The position numbers and the translations under genes are program-made. Of a stretch of 44,780 bases of DNA, positions 19,501-29,200 are shown one piece after another. Under the pieces are notes generated by a model that ran no database searches, was not told where the DNA came from, and saw only the letters and a list, made by a program, of their open reading frames with translations. The stretch is taken from positions 1-44,780 of the forward strand of contig CAZBBK010000045.1 in NCBI GenBank assembly GCA_964490075.1, read 5' to 3'. Position 1 is the stretch's first letter, and each line of letters opens with the position of its first letter. The stretch is from an uncultured Gemmatimonadota bacterium. GTDB taxonomy: Bacteria; GCA-2686955.

Positions 19501-19868
19501 GCCAGGCGGAGCTCTTCCGGGTCGAGGCGAAAGAGCTCGGCGTGCGCGCGGACGAAATCCCGGGTGACGCCCTCGACGTTGCCTCGATCGACCCGACCCA
19601 GGTGGATCCCCGGACCCATGATCCAACGCGGGACCCCGGTGCGCAGATCCCAGTTCGCCCTCCACTCCTCTCCGTGCTCGCCCAGGAAGCTCCGCCAGCC
19701 GGGAGAGCGGTTCATGCGGCGCGTGTACGACGCATCGAACACCGAGTCGATGCGCGGCAGATCGATCGTCTCCGGCGCCCGTGCGGGCGCGACGACTGCG
19801 TGGGCCGAGCCGGCCATCGGGAAGAGCGTGGCGATCAGAATGCCGGAGAGAGATCCACGGAGAGTCAT
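16593..19868 (-). CDS. secreted M36/M4-like zinc metalloprotease with FTP/PepSY propeptide and FlgD/T9SS type-A-like tail
   Basis: CNAFWDG, DVIYHEYGHG, HEGFSDY, GEVHCVG; propeptide region; tail NSPNPFNP...GVYLYRI...RMLLIK; start ATG 19868. Confidence 0.85.
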   Translation of the reverse strand: MTLRGSLSGILIATLFPMAGSAHAVVAPARAPETIDLPRIDSVFDASYTRRMNRSPGWRSFLGEHGEEWRANWDLRTGVPRWIMGPGIHLGRVDRGNVEGVTRDFVRAHAELFRLDPEELRLAHARRAGGRWFVVYERLFDGLPVLGARLDLRIMPDGRLTLIGVNTHPELDLDTRPEISAAHAAATGAAAVHGVAAADRPAKLVIVPIADRRELGYALAWQVVATTADPPGRWVQLIDAVNAVVIARHNEIRYAQIGGKIGGPILPVTPSDEPEYRDFAYEDISIDAGPDIQSDETGTWRADVSAGDHDVESRLEGLWVRVRNMAGSDAALAQVAPANQRTDLVWDDENSLISERNVYFHTGVVHDYMKSIDPGFNSLDYDMRARVEAAGSCNAFWDGFGMTFYRGGGGCPSIGKIADVIYHEYGHGVTQWASGGNATGAMHEGFSDYLAVTIMNDSRVGRGFFGPGSHLRDCVNERVYPAPECGGEVHCVGETHCGALWDARANLIDVLGEESGVALSDSLWHFARYGHADNDMDYYVDYLLMDDDDGDLSNGTPHGAQLYPALADHGFVEMLGLASAVMYDAEAPDLVADPGDQMTLVVEYLLPAGAMAATELSASLRSLSTKLQVTKQNSSIPDLSPGEAGDNSQDPFLLEVDAGISEVEDVQLIVDLSVEPNFFSRSDTLDVRIGRGGLLLVDDDPTEDFAHYYEEPLAELGSLPNRWTRRATPELGFDPLAGFETVIWFCGNATTGTLDPGERALLTDHFERGGNLLLSGKNIGQEIGSDDFFSYYLKSEHVQDDAMLPLAEGVETDPLSSEWLLFFTGEGGADNWDSPDAIRALGGARDALVYAGTALGAGVVYEGGYRLVYLPFNLEGVSGGNDSTPLRRVLSDVLQLFGVPVGLRAVELSALALPEGNRIAWRLVGAGAELAGVQIDRVEDGRGTRLNDQLIVRLSEFLDQDAQADGLYRYRITTVDAETGEAFGSHEISVRRGQGPGIPSRAALAQNSPNPFNPVTTISFDLPQASLVELVVYDLGGRRVKTLADRPVAAGRHAVRWNGSAESGAEVPSGVYLYRIRAGSFSASRRMLLIK

Positions 19869-19960
19869 GCGCGTTGCCTGTCCGAAGCTGTGGGTTTGGA
19901 GTGTGGGCGCAGCGACGCGCTGTGCGACCGCTGCCGATCGAGCAAAAGGGGTGCAGGGTC

Positions 19961-19975
19961 GCAAGTCTCACGCCA
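19961..19975 (-). promoter_or_regulatory. sigma54 -24/-12 promoter of the metalloprotease
   Basis: Minus strand TGGCGTG-AGAC-TTGC, 93 bp upstream of ATG 19868. Confidence 0.6.
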
Positions 19976-20150
19976 TCTCTCGGCGCCGCCGATTCGGCCG
20001 CACCGAATGGCGCATCGCCTTGGTGGCGGGGGGTTTGTCCGGCGCGTAGAGGAGCTCGAGCAGTAGACGAGGGGAGTCGCGAGGCCGGCGCTGCGTGATC
20101 AGGCGCAAGAGAGGACGATTTCGCCCCACGGATGCGTCAAAGGGGACTAA

Positions 20151-20516
20151 TCAGAAGGTCTCAGCCGACTCGCGACAGAGCACACACTGGGTCGCGAAGG
20201 GCAGCGCGCGCAAGCGGGCGACCGGAATCGCCTTACCGCAACGCTCACAATGGCCGTACGATCCCTGCTCGAGCAGCTCCAGGGCGTGCTCGATGCGCCG
20301 GATCCTCTCGCCCTTGCGCTGCAGCAGCGCGGCGTCCATGTCGTCGTCGATATGGCGAGAGACCTCGTCGCCCCAATCGGTCGGGCGAGCGCCGTCGAAG
20401 GACAGGGCTTCGGCGCGGTGACGGCGCAGGATTTCGAGCGCCTCGGCCAGGGCCTCGCCCCGAAGCTGCTCGAGAATCTCGCGCAGGTCTTGCCGCCGGT
20501 CCGGTGCTGATCCCAT
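20151..20516 (-). CDS. DksA/TraR C4 zinc-finger transcription factor
   Basis: Coiled-coil tip DWGDE, YGHCERCG...RLRALP...CVLC; RBS GGAGG. Confidence 0.9.
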   Translation of the reverse strand: MGSAPDRRQDLREILEQLRGEALAEALEILRRHRAEALSFDGARPTDWGDEVSRHIDDDMDAALLQRKGERIRRIEHALELLEQGSYGHCERCGKAIPVARLRALPFATQCVLCRESAETF

Positions 20517-20590
20517 GGCTGCCTCCGAGGTGACTCACTCCGCGGACGACTTGCCGCGCAGGGGAAGCGTCAGTTGCTTCGGTGCCGCGC

Positions 20591-20620
20591 AGGATAGGAA
20601 GCCACTCGCGCGCTTGTCAA
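20591..20620 (-). promoter_or_regulatory. putative sigma70 promoter of the DksA/TraR gene (TTGACA-18-TATCCT)
   Basis: Minus strand TTGACA at 20620-20615 and TATCCT at 20596-20591. Confidence 0.6.
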
Positions 20621-20715
20621 AGAGTATGCTGGAGAGAACGGGCCCGCGAGGGCTGGGCTCCGCCCATCCGACCGACTCCGAACCGTCCCCAGGCACAGGC
20701 CGGGATCGAGCACCG

Positions 20716-21705
20716 ATGCCTCGCGCACTCCAGCACTTCGCACCTCGTCTCACGCCCGGCTCCCTGCCCGACAAGATCTGGGCATGGATCCAGATCGGGC
20801 GCCCTCTGATCATCTTCATTTCGATCTTCGGCGCTCTGGTCGGGGCGCTGAACCTGCATGCGCACTTGCGGCAGTCGGCGGGGTCGATGCCGGGACCGGG
20901 TGCGCTCGCGCTCTGGGATTTGATGCTCGGCGCCGCGCTACTGAGCGCGGGGCTCATGATCCACAACGATGTGACCGACTACCCCTCCGATCGGATCAAC
21001 CGTCCCCACAAGCCGCTGCCGCGCGGCGCCATCAGTCATGGATGGGCGAAGTGGACGGGGATCGCCCTGATGCTCGCGGCGGTGGCGGTGGCGGCGACGG
21101 CCCGGGGACCCTCCGGCGCGCTGCACTGGAATCCGCTCTGTGGCGCGCTCACCGCCCTGGTCGTGGTCTCCGGCATCTTCTACAACGACCATGGCAAGAT
21201 GTACGGCCTGCTGGGCCACTGCGTGGTCGCCTTCGGCGTCGGAGCCATCCCCCTCTGGGGCGCGCTCAAGCTCTATCCCACCCAGGGGCTGATGATGCTG
21301 CCTCTGGCATGCGCGATCTTCGTGATGGAGATCGGTCGCGAGATCATGGTCTGCATCGGCGACCTGCCCGGTGATCGGGAGGCCGGCTTCAGGACCTCAC
21401 CGATTCGCCTCGGGCGCGATCGAGCCATGCAATTGGTACTGCTCTTCTACACGGGGTACCTGGCTCTTCTGCCCTTGCCCTTTACCGGCATCGGCCCCCT
21501 GCCCGGCCTCTTCGGCAGGCTCTACCTGGCCGGCGCGCTCGGGTTCGCCGCGATCCTCTGGTTCACGTGGTTCGCCACCCGGCGCGTCATCAGGAGTGGC
21601 GACGAGGATGCGATCTTTGCGGCCTTCGAGCGCCATATCCGCCTGGGGACCCGACTGGGGGTGGTGGGGTTCCAAGGGGTTCTCTTCGCCGAGGCCTTCG
21701 TTTGA
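20716..21705 (+). CDS. UbiA-superfamily prenyltransferase, DGGGP-synthase-like
   Basis: NDVTDYPSDRINRPHKPLPRG and REIMVCIGDLPGDREAGFRT motifs, multiple TM helices; start likely ATG 20716. Confidence 0.8.
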   Translation: MPRALQHFAPRLTPGSLPDKIWAWIQIGRPLIIFISIFGALVGALNLHAHLRQSAGSMPGPGALALWDLMLGAALLSAGLMIHNDVTDYPSDRINRPHKPLPRGAISHGWAKWTGIALMLAAVAVAATARGPSGALHWNPLCGALTALVVVSGIFYNDHGKMYGLLGHCVVAFGVGAIPLWGALKLYPTQGLMMLPLACAIFVMEIGREIMVCIGDLPGDREAGFRTSPIRLGRDRAMQLVLLFYTGYLALLPLPFTGIGPLPGLFGRLYLAGALGFAAILWFTWFATRRVIRSGDEDAIFAAFERHIRLGTRLGVVGFQGVLFAEAFV

Positions 21706-22511
21706 ACGGGCGCATCGATCGGCATCTTGGCGCGGCCTTCGGCCTGATCTCGATCGCCTTTCTGGCCTCCTTCCGCGCCGGCAATCGATTTGATTTCGAG
21801 GTGCCGATCGCGCTCCGCGCCGCCTATCTGGTCGTGGCGGTGGCGTTCCTCATCCACCATGGCCGACGCACACGAGGCACCAGGGAGTTCATTCGTTTTT
21901 GCGTGGCGGTCGCCGGGCTGGCCTACACAGCCGAGGTGATCGGAGTGCAGACCGGCTGGCTCTTCGGTCACTACCACTATGGCGACCGCCTGGGTCCCTT
22001 GATGCCCGGCGGCGTGCCGGCCGCGATTCCGGTCTTCTGGACTCTCCTGATCTACGCGGCGGACGACTACGTGACCCTGGCCTTCGGGGATGGGGTGCCT
22101 CGCTGGCTCAGGGCGGGCGCAGTCGGGGCCGTGGTGGCCGCGTGGGACCTGATGATCGATCCGATCGCCGTGGCCTACGATTGCTGGAGCTGGGAGGCCG
22201 GCTCGATGCCCACCGTGTTCGGCATTCCGGCGACCAATGCGCCGGGATGGTGGCTGATCGGCACCCTGGCGCTGCTCGTCGCCGTCCCCCGAAGGGGTAG
22301 CGGCCGGCCGCGGGGCGCTCCCTGGTTCGACCACCTGCCGGCCCTGGCTCTGGTCTGCGCGGCGGCCAACAACGCCCTGGCAACCGCGGAGCTGGGATTC
22401 CCCGGGGCAGGCGTGGCGGGTCTGATGGCTCTGGCCCCCTACGGAGTCGCCGCGTGTGCCCGCAAGGAGTGGCAGCGGCGCGCCCAGCCGAGCGCGGCCA
22501 GGGCGGGGTAG
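21702..22511 (+). CDS. CruF/DUF422 carotenoid 1,2-hydratase family membrane protein
   Basis: AEVIGVQTGWLFGHYHY, GVPAAIPVFW, WDLMIDP, FGIPATNAPGW; TTG start overlaps the UbiA stop (TTGA). Confidence 0.8.
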   Translation: MNGRIDRHLGAAFGLISIAFLASFRAGNRFDFEVPIALRAAYLVVAVAFLIHHGRRTRGTREFIRFCVAVAGLAYTAEVIGVQTGWLFGHYHYGDRLGPLMPGGVPAAIPVFWTLLIYAADDYVTLAFGDGVPRWLRAGAVGAVVAAWDLMIDPIAVAYDCWSWEAGSMPTVFGIPATNAPGWWLIGTLALLVAVPRRGSGRPRGAPWFDHLPALALVCAAANNALATAELGFPGAGVAGLMALAPYGVAACARKEWQRRAQPSAARAG

Positions 22512-23266
22512 GGAAGAGTCACCAAAGCACCGACGAGGGCCTCGCCCACTCGGCCGAGGTCGACGGCAAAGACCACCAACAAGGTGGTAAGCGCGAGACA
22601 CATCGGCACCGGAGCCGAGTAGCGCCATCGATCATGGGTCGCCATCCAATCCTCTCGAACCTGTCCCGCAGCCGCGTTCTCCAGGCGGTCGGAGAGGGCG
22701 AAGATCGCGGCCGAGACACCGAACCAACCGGCGAAATTGGAGAGCGGAATCCGGCCGAAGTAGGCTCCACCCTCCACCCAATCCCAGGCGCCGATCGCGA
22801 CACAGATCGGATCGAGCAGGAAGTCCCAGGCACAGAGCGCAGAGGCGGCGAAGAAGATCCGCGGGCCACGCCCGGAGGAGCGCGGCAGAGCCATCCGGGT
22901 CATCGCGTGCGCCAGGTAGGCGAGCAGGTACCAGGCGAGGGGTATCATCAGCGGCACCTGGCCGGCGATGCGCCAGCCCAACACGTCGCTGTAGCCGTAC
23001 GATCCGAAGATCCAGCCCCTCGAAGCACCGATCCACTCCGCGGCCAGGGAAATCCCCATGGCACTGAACGCCAAGGCGAGCGCGTTTCTGAGGCCGCCTC
23101 GGGCCAGCGCGTGGATCCAGGTGAGCGCGAGCACGAGCACGCCCTGCGCCGCCACCACCCCTCCCTCGAGCGACAGTCCCGAACCGAGCGCGGCTCTGCG
23201 GAACACGACGGAGAGCGCGAAGGCGACCAGGCACGAGTCGTAGAGTCTGCGCATCGCCGGCGTCAA
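22439..23266 (-). CDS. CruF/DUF422 carotenoid 1,2-hydratase family membrane protein (second copy)
   Basis: AEWIGASRGWIFGSYGY, VPLMIPLAW, WDFLLDP, IPLSNFAGWF; TTG start after AGGAGG. Confidence 0.85.
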   Translation of the reverse strand: MTPAMRRLYDSCLVAFALSVVFRRAALGSGLSLEGGVVAAQGVLVLALTWIHALARGGLRNALALAFSAMGISLAAEWIGASRGWIFGSYGYSDVLGWRIAGQVPLMIPLAWYLLAYLAHAMTRMALPRSSGRGPRIFFAASALCAWDFLLDPICVAIGAWDWVEGGAYFGRIPLSNFAGWFGVSAAIFALSDRLENAAAGQVREDWMATHDRWRYSAPVPMCLALTTLLVVFAVDLGRVGEALVGALVTLPYPALAALGWARRCHSLRAHAATP

Positions 23267-23299
23267 CGAAGGGCCTCCTGCCGCGATCCGCCAGACTTG

Positions 23300-24619
23300 T
23301 CAGGGGGCGCGCATCCGATCGATGAGCTTGTCCTCGCCGCCGCCTTCGAAGAGGGTCCGGGACGCGAGATCATCGGGTCGCGTCTCCCAGTACTGCAGGC
23401 CGTTGTACTCCACCCACTGCCCCGGAAGCACGTCGAGCTCGATGCTCCAGGGCTGGGGATCGCGAATCGCCTTGGCCAACGCCAGGCCGTCGGCCAGGCG
23501 GATGTTGGTCTCGGTCTCGAACACCACATGGCGCACCAGGCGTACGATCTCGAGCCACGACAGCCCCTTCACCTGGGCGTGAAACGAGTGGATGAAGTCG
23601 ATCCAGCGGTGCACCCGTTCCATTTGGGAAGCGACATAGTCGACCGAGGAGATGGTGTCTCGGAAGAAGAGGATGTACTCCCAGGCCTCGCGCCCTCCCA
23701 GGACCTGCTTTCCCTCGGGGATCCGCAGCGCCTCGGAGAGCACGGGGGTGACGAACACCGGGATACCGCCCAGCAAGTCGACCATCTTCTCGAAGCTGAT
23801 CCGCTCCTGGATCAGGTAGGCGTGCACCGGAATGCCGGAGGCGTACTCGACCTGGTCGAGCATCAGGGGAGCGCCCCCCAGCAGGTAGGCGTCGCGCAGA
23901 CGATCCGCGCGCTTGCGGTTCGGAAAGGCCACGCGGGTATCGAGCGGCAGGTTCATCAGGTGCATCTTGCGTCGCTGAGATTCGATCTCGGCGAGGAAGA
24001 ACACACTCGGAACGCCCATGTAGAGGATGTTGACGTGATCCAGATCGAGCGGTCGCGGGGGGCGGCTGGAGGCGGCGTGCTCCTTGGCGCGCTCGAGCTC
24101 CTCGGCGAACTGCCTGTCCTGGATATTGCCACGGGCGTGCTCGGCCTTGGTCAGGCCGATGCCCATGAAGGGGGCCGAATCGGGGGCGGCCTCCACGTAG
24201 GGGACATGGATCCTGGCCGGCCCGGTCAAGCGAGCGTTGACATCGATCAGCGTGAGATCCGCCGAGGTCCGCACCCGGGCCTGGGCGAGGACCTCGTAGA
24301 CCATCGTGTGCGGCGGAACCTCGAAGTCGCCAGGGTCTTCGACGGCCCCGGTGACCGCAACCGTGATCGGCTCCTCCTCTGCGTGCGGAGCGAGGGCCAC
24401 CCGCGGAGTGGGATGCAGCCGGGTCCAAGCGACTTTGGCGATGCCGATCCCGACTACCCCGAAGCCGATGATCACCACGGCGTAGATGAGCCTGCGGATC
24501 ACCGGCGCCCGCCGGGCGATGGCGCTTCCCAACGCTGCTTTGCCACCGTTCGAGGCGCTACGCGCGCTTCGGTCCAGGTAGCGACGTCGCTCTTGCCGAT
24601 AGTCGCGTTCGCCGGCCAT
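23300..24619 (-). CDS. membrane-anchored SLBB domain + divergent LCP (LytR-CpsA-Psr) family protein
   Basis: N-terminal TM, VAVTGAVEDPG SLBB motif, LMNLPLDTRV, RLRDAYLLGG, FEKMVDLLGGIPV, ETNI. Confidence 0.75.
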   Translation of the reverse strand: MAGERDYRQERRRYLDRSARSASNGGKAALGSAIARRAPVIRRLIYAVVIIGFGVVGIGIAKVAWTRLHPTPRVALAPHAEEEPITVAVTGAVEDPGDFEVPPHTMVYEVLAQARVRTSADLTLIDVNARLTGPARIHVPYVEAAPDSAPFMGIGLTKAEHARGNIQDRQFAEELERAKEHAASSRPPRPLDLDHVNILYMGVPSVFFLAEIESQRRKMHLMNLPLDTRVAFPNRKRADRLRDAYLLGGAPLMLDQVEYASGIPVHAYLIQERISFEKMVDLLGGIPVFVTPVLSEALRIPEGKQVLGGREAWEYILFFRDTISSVDYVASQMERVHRWIDFIHSFHAQVKGLSWLEIVRLVRHVVFETETNIRLADGLALAKAIRDPQPWSIELDVLPGQWVEYNGLQYWETRPDDLASRTLFEGGGEDKLIDRMRAP

Positions 24620-24625
24620 GACTGA

Positions 24626-26254
24626 TCAGTGCCCCGTCTTGAGAGCCTCGAGCCACTCCCGCAGCTCGGCGTTTCCGGGCTCGATCTGCAGAGCGCGCTC
24701 CCAGGCGGCGATCGCCTCGTCCACGCGGCCCTGCTTCACGTAGATCGACCCCAATCGGACGAACGAGAGTTCGAGATATGGAGCGATATCGATCGCCACC
24801 AGACACTCGTTTTCCGCGCTCTCGTAGTCCCCGGCGAAGTAGTGCCCGACGGCCTGCACCAGGTGGCGCAGGGCTTCGTTGGTGCGGGTGCTGCGCTGAA
24901 TGACCACGTTCTTGTCGCGGATCACCTCCTCGAGGCGCCGAACCTGCTCGTTGAGCTCTTGCTCGAGGCCCTGGTTCTTCGCCTCCTTCTCGAGGGACTC
25001 CTTCTCGGCCTCGAGCGACGCGCGTTCCTCGATCTCCTTCTGAAGCAGCTTGCGCTCCGACTCGAACTTCTCTTGCAGCGCCGCCTCGATCTTCTTGCGC
25101 TCGCTTTCCAACAGGCTGGCCTGATGCTTGGACAGCGACTCCGCGACCTCGAAGGCCACCTGCTCCTTCTTCTTCTTGAGCGCCTCCTCGAGCTGCCGCC
25201 GATTCATGAACTTCTGGTAGACCTTCGAGGTGTCGTAGAGGAAGGTCAGCCCCACGGTCGGCGCGCCCAGACCGCTGTCGTACAGCTCGCCGATCGGCAC
25301 GGCGTATTCCCAGGCGGTATCGATCGAGACGCGCAGCCTGCGGATGTAGGTGTACTCCTTGCCATCGAGCAGATCGAAGCCCGGATCGCGCCACTCGCGG
25401 CGCAAGAACTCGAAGCTCAGCCCCAGCGCCGCCTGGGTCGCGCGGCCTTCCCCGGTCGCGTTGTCGCGAATCCCGGCACGAGTCTGCAGCCGCTGATTGA
25501 GGAAATCGGCCTCTGCGCCCGCCAGGATGCGGATTGGAGCGGATCCACCGACGTCGAGGGCTTCGTACTCGGCGTCGACGTCGAAACGATAGGCGGTCGC
25601 GAGGTAGCCGACTCCGAGCCGGTAGCGCCTGGCCGCGGGGTCTTTGTCGAGCTTGTTCAGAGCGAGATTGGGCTCGAGCAGATTGAACGCGGCCAGACCG
25701 ATCTGTAGCCGGTCGTTCACGCGGAAGAGCAGCCCAGCATCGAGGCTGTAGTTGGCGTTCGATGCTCCGCCGCGCAGGAAGATCGGATCGGTTACCACCT
25801 CGTGTTGATACTGAGGATGCAGGGCCGAGAAGCTGAACCCCTTGCTGAGGCGGCGACCGGTGAGGCCGAGCGAGAGGCGGCCACGTTGCCAGACTCCGAC
25901 GCCATACGAGAACGCGAGATCGTACTCGCGGTAGATCTCATCCCCCGTCGTGACCCCCGCCAGCGCCAGCGTTCCCAGCTTGCCGAAGGGATAGGCGACC
26001 CCCAGGTACTGGTCGCTGATCCCGACCTCGTCGATCCCCAGGTAGGGGCGGGTGTACGAGGTAGAGAACTGGATCAAGGTGATCCCTTGCAGACCCGCCG
26101 GATTGTAGAAGGCGGCGGAAGGATCGCTCGCCAACGCGGTGAAGGCCTGCCCCATTCCGGCGGCACGGATGCCGCCCGGGATCTCGAACGCGGCGAAAGC
26201 GGAGCCGCTCAGACAGAGACTGCCGAGAAGCGCGATCGTGGGTCTGCGTCTCAT
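24626..26254 (-). CDS. PorV/PorP(SprF)-like outer-membrane beta-barrel fused to a long coiled coil and TPRs
   Basis: GIRAAGMGQAFTALASDPSAAFYNPAGL N-terminus, amphipathic strands, E/K-rich coiled coil (about aa 345-460), TPR LGSIYVKQGRVDEAIAAWERALQIEP; ATGA overlap with upstream gene. Confidence 0.75.
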   Translation of the reverse strand: MRRRPTIALLGSLCLSGSAFAAFEIPGGIRAAGMGQAFTALASDPSAAFYNPAGLQGITLIQFSTSYTRPYLGIDEVGISDQYLGVAYPFGKLGTLALAGVTTGDEIYREYDLAFSYGVGVWQRGRLSLGLTGRRLSKGFSFSALHPQYQHEVVTDPIFLRGGASNANYSLDAGLLFRVNDRLQIGLAAFNLLEPNLALNKLDKDPAARRYRLGVGYLATAYRFDVDAEYEALDVGGSAPIRILAGAEADFLNQRLQTRAGIRDNATGEGRATQAALGLSFEFLRREWRDPGFDLLDGKEYTYIRRLRVSIDTAWEYAVPIGELYDSGLGAPTVGLTFLYDTSKVYQKFMNRRQLEEALKKKKEQVAFEVAESLSKHQASLLESERKKIEAALQEKFESERKLLQKEIEERASLEAEKESLEKEAKNQGLEQELNEQVRRLEEVIRDKNVVIQRSTRTNEALRHLVQAVGHYFAGDYESAENECLVAIDIAPYLELSFVRLGSIYVKQGRVDEAIAAWERALQIEPGNAELREWLEALKTGH

Positions 26255-29200
26255 CGAGCCACCCCCACCGTGCCCGAGTAGACACGGTTCCCCGCGTCAT
26301 ACTGATACACGTAGAGCCCGCCCGGGACCAGCGAGCCCCCTGCGTCGCGCCCGTCCCACGAGAACACGACGGTCTCGAAGCTGAAGTTCTGGTCCACCGA
26401 GAGCGCGGCCACCAGCTCGCCGCGCCGATTGAACACCTTGAACGGGTTCGATCGAGCGGATCCGGTCGGGAATTGAATCACCAGGGCGTCGTTCTTGTCG
26501 TCCACCAGTCCGGGCGAGATAATCCTGGGGTCCGGCTCGTTGAAGAGCCCCGAGAGAGTGGTGGTGAAGAAGAGGTTGCACGATCGCCAGTTCGGCACCG
26601 GCAGCCCCGCCTCGAGATCGGCGGCCTCCACCTCCACCGAGAGCCGCCGGCCCAGACCGAAGGAGATGGCGTCGGTCCGAATCGAGATCTGGACGTTGCG
26701 CAGGACTCCCTCCGGATCTTCCTCGGCATCGATGGTGACGGTGCCGACCCGGGCCGCGTCGGCCGCGGCATCGCCCGCCGCGACCAAGAGCAGCTGCTCG
26801 GCCGTGGAGAGGTTCAGGATGACCAGGATCTCGTCGAGATCGATTCCGGTGTCCGCGAGCCGCGGCTCCTCGATCTCGATCACGATGAGCAACGAGTCCT
26901 TCGGCACATTGACCGCTTCCTGGACCATGCTGCCGATATCCGCACAAAGAGAACGGCCCAACGAATCGGGATTGGTGTAGGTGGTGTCGCCGACCAGACG
27001 GCCTTGCTCGAGGAGGGTAATGTCGATGTCGGGGGCGATCAGGTCGGGTGATGCGGTGAAGCTCCACTCGTAGGGCGGAACCATCGGGTTCTCTGCCTTG
27101 TCGGTCGCGCTGACGCGCATCATCACCGGACCGGCTGGAAATGCCTCCTCCGGTATCCAGACGATCCGCTTCCCCGCGTTGCAGGGCGGATCGCAGGCCT
27201 GGAACTCCAGGTCGTCGAGCGGGATATTTGCGTAGCCGCCCATGGCGGGGGTTTCGTAGGAGAGCACGACCGTGGAGTCGACCAGCCCCGAGATGTCGTC
27301 GTCGATCTCCACCTCCACGGAAACCGATGTGGGAGCGCTCTCTCCATCGGCCGGGATGGTCTTCACCACGAAGGGGGGGTTGAGATCCTCCACTGTGTAG
27401 AAGTAGTAGGCCTCGTCGACCAACTCGTTGCCGGCCCAGTCGAGCGCGGTCACCAGAAAGCGCACCTCGGAGTTGAAGCGGTACTGGGGGTTGGGGAAGT
27501 AGGTCCACTTGGTGCAGTGCGGCGCACCTGAGTACCCCGTGCGACCGTTGCCACAGGCATCGGTGAACCTAGCGTCGAGCGATACGTTGAGCGTGTCGGG
27601 CTCGTCCCCCGAGCGGGGGATGATCCTGAGGATCCGCGGGCGCAGCTCGGCCTTGTCGGCGTCGCTGAGAACCTCCGCGGCCTGGGCGGCCGTGGTACAG
27701 GCCGGGCAGAACCACTGCCACGACCTGATGCGAATGCCGGCACCGTCGTCGTTGATCTGAATCTCGGTGCGCTGATCCTCGCGAACGTCGGTCTGCGCCA
27801 GCGCCGGCGAGGTCGAACCGTCGATCGGGGGATAGGCGATGTAGGGCGGCTGCTCGTCATCGATGATGGTGATGAAGGAGAAGAGCCGCGGATCGCGGAG
27901 GGGGTTGCCGACGAAATCCTCCGCGAAGAGCACCACGGTGACCGTGTCGTTGGGGAAGAAGAGCTCCCGCAGCGGCTCATCTTCGGGCTCGAGTCCGGTC
28001 CAGAAGAAGTCGGCGTAGGTGAAGTAGTCGATCGACACCAAGCGGTCGTTGATCTGTGTCAAGGAGCTGTCGGGAAGATCGACGGTCACGGTGTCGCGAT
28101 AGATGCCCCCCAGCTCGGTCTCACGCTTGAAAGAGACGGTCATGACCACCGTGGAGTCCCTGACCGCCGTGTTGTCCTCGATGCGGGCGCGGATCGGTGT
28201 GACCAGCGGCACGTCGCCCAGGGTGTCGGCCAGGGCGCCGGGATAGGTCGAGCCGGGGACCACGAAAGGGGACTCGATGTCGGAGGCGATCGAGTAGAAC
28301 CACTGCTCGGTCACGATCGGGTGGCCCCCCTCGTCGTGGGCCTCGACCACGATCGACATATTGAGGCCCGCTCCGAGCGAATCCTCCGGCCAGTGGACCA
28401 GCGCTTCGGCCTTCCACTGGGCGTCTCCGCCGGGCTCGTCCGCCGGCGTACGGATCTCCACCAGCTCGTTCGGCACCGGGAAGTCGTTGACCGTGAACTG
28501 AATCGTGGCTCGGTCGACGCCTTCGTCGAGGGTGCCGACCACACCGCCGGTCATGATCTCGTCGTAGATGCGGATCACGGTGTCGTGGTTCCGGAGGACG
28601 TTGGTGGCGCCGGGCGCCGGGCTCATCGCCCAGCTGTAGGGAGTGCCCCCGAGCAGGACCCTGACCACGCCGGGGCGCAGCAGCTCGGCATCTTCGCCGC
28701 GTGACACGCCCGCGATCAGGTCAGGCCGGCCGTCGTCGTCGATGTCGGCGATCGCCACCGCCTCGCCCATTCTCTCGCTGCCGGATGCGCCGTAGATCGC
28801 CGTGTGGGATTGGTCCGCGACGGAAACCGGGGCGCCACTGAAGTTCGACCGTCCGGGCATGAAGAAGGCGCCGCCACGCTTTCCGGCGCGAGCGGGGGTA
28901 CCGATCAAGAGATCCTCGGAGGCTCCCCAGTCGCGGTGGCCCTCGGGATGGAACTGACCCACCGCGAGTCGCACGGCGATCGAATCGGGCGCACCGTTCA
29001 GACCGGAGTCGTCGAAGCGCAACCAGGGCGGCGAGCTGTCGAGGGAGATCTCGGCCGGCCACGGCGCGCCGGTGTTGCGAAGCACGAAGATCGCACCGAA
29101 GAAGCTCGACGCTCCGACGGTGCAGAGGTCGGTGAGGCCGTCGCCGTCGATGTCGCCGCTGGCCAGCCCCCCGCCAAAGGCGCGCCCGATGCCATAACCC

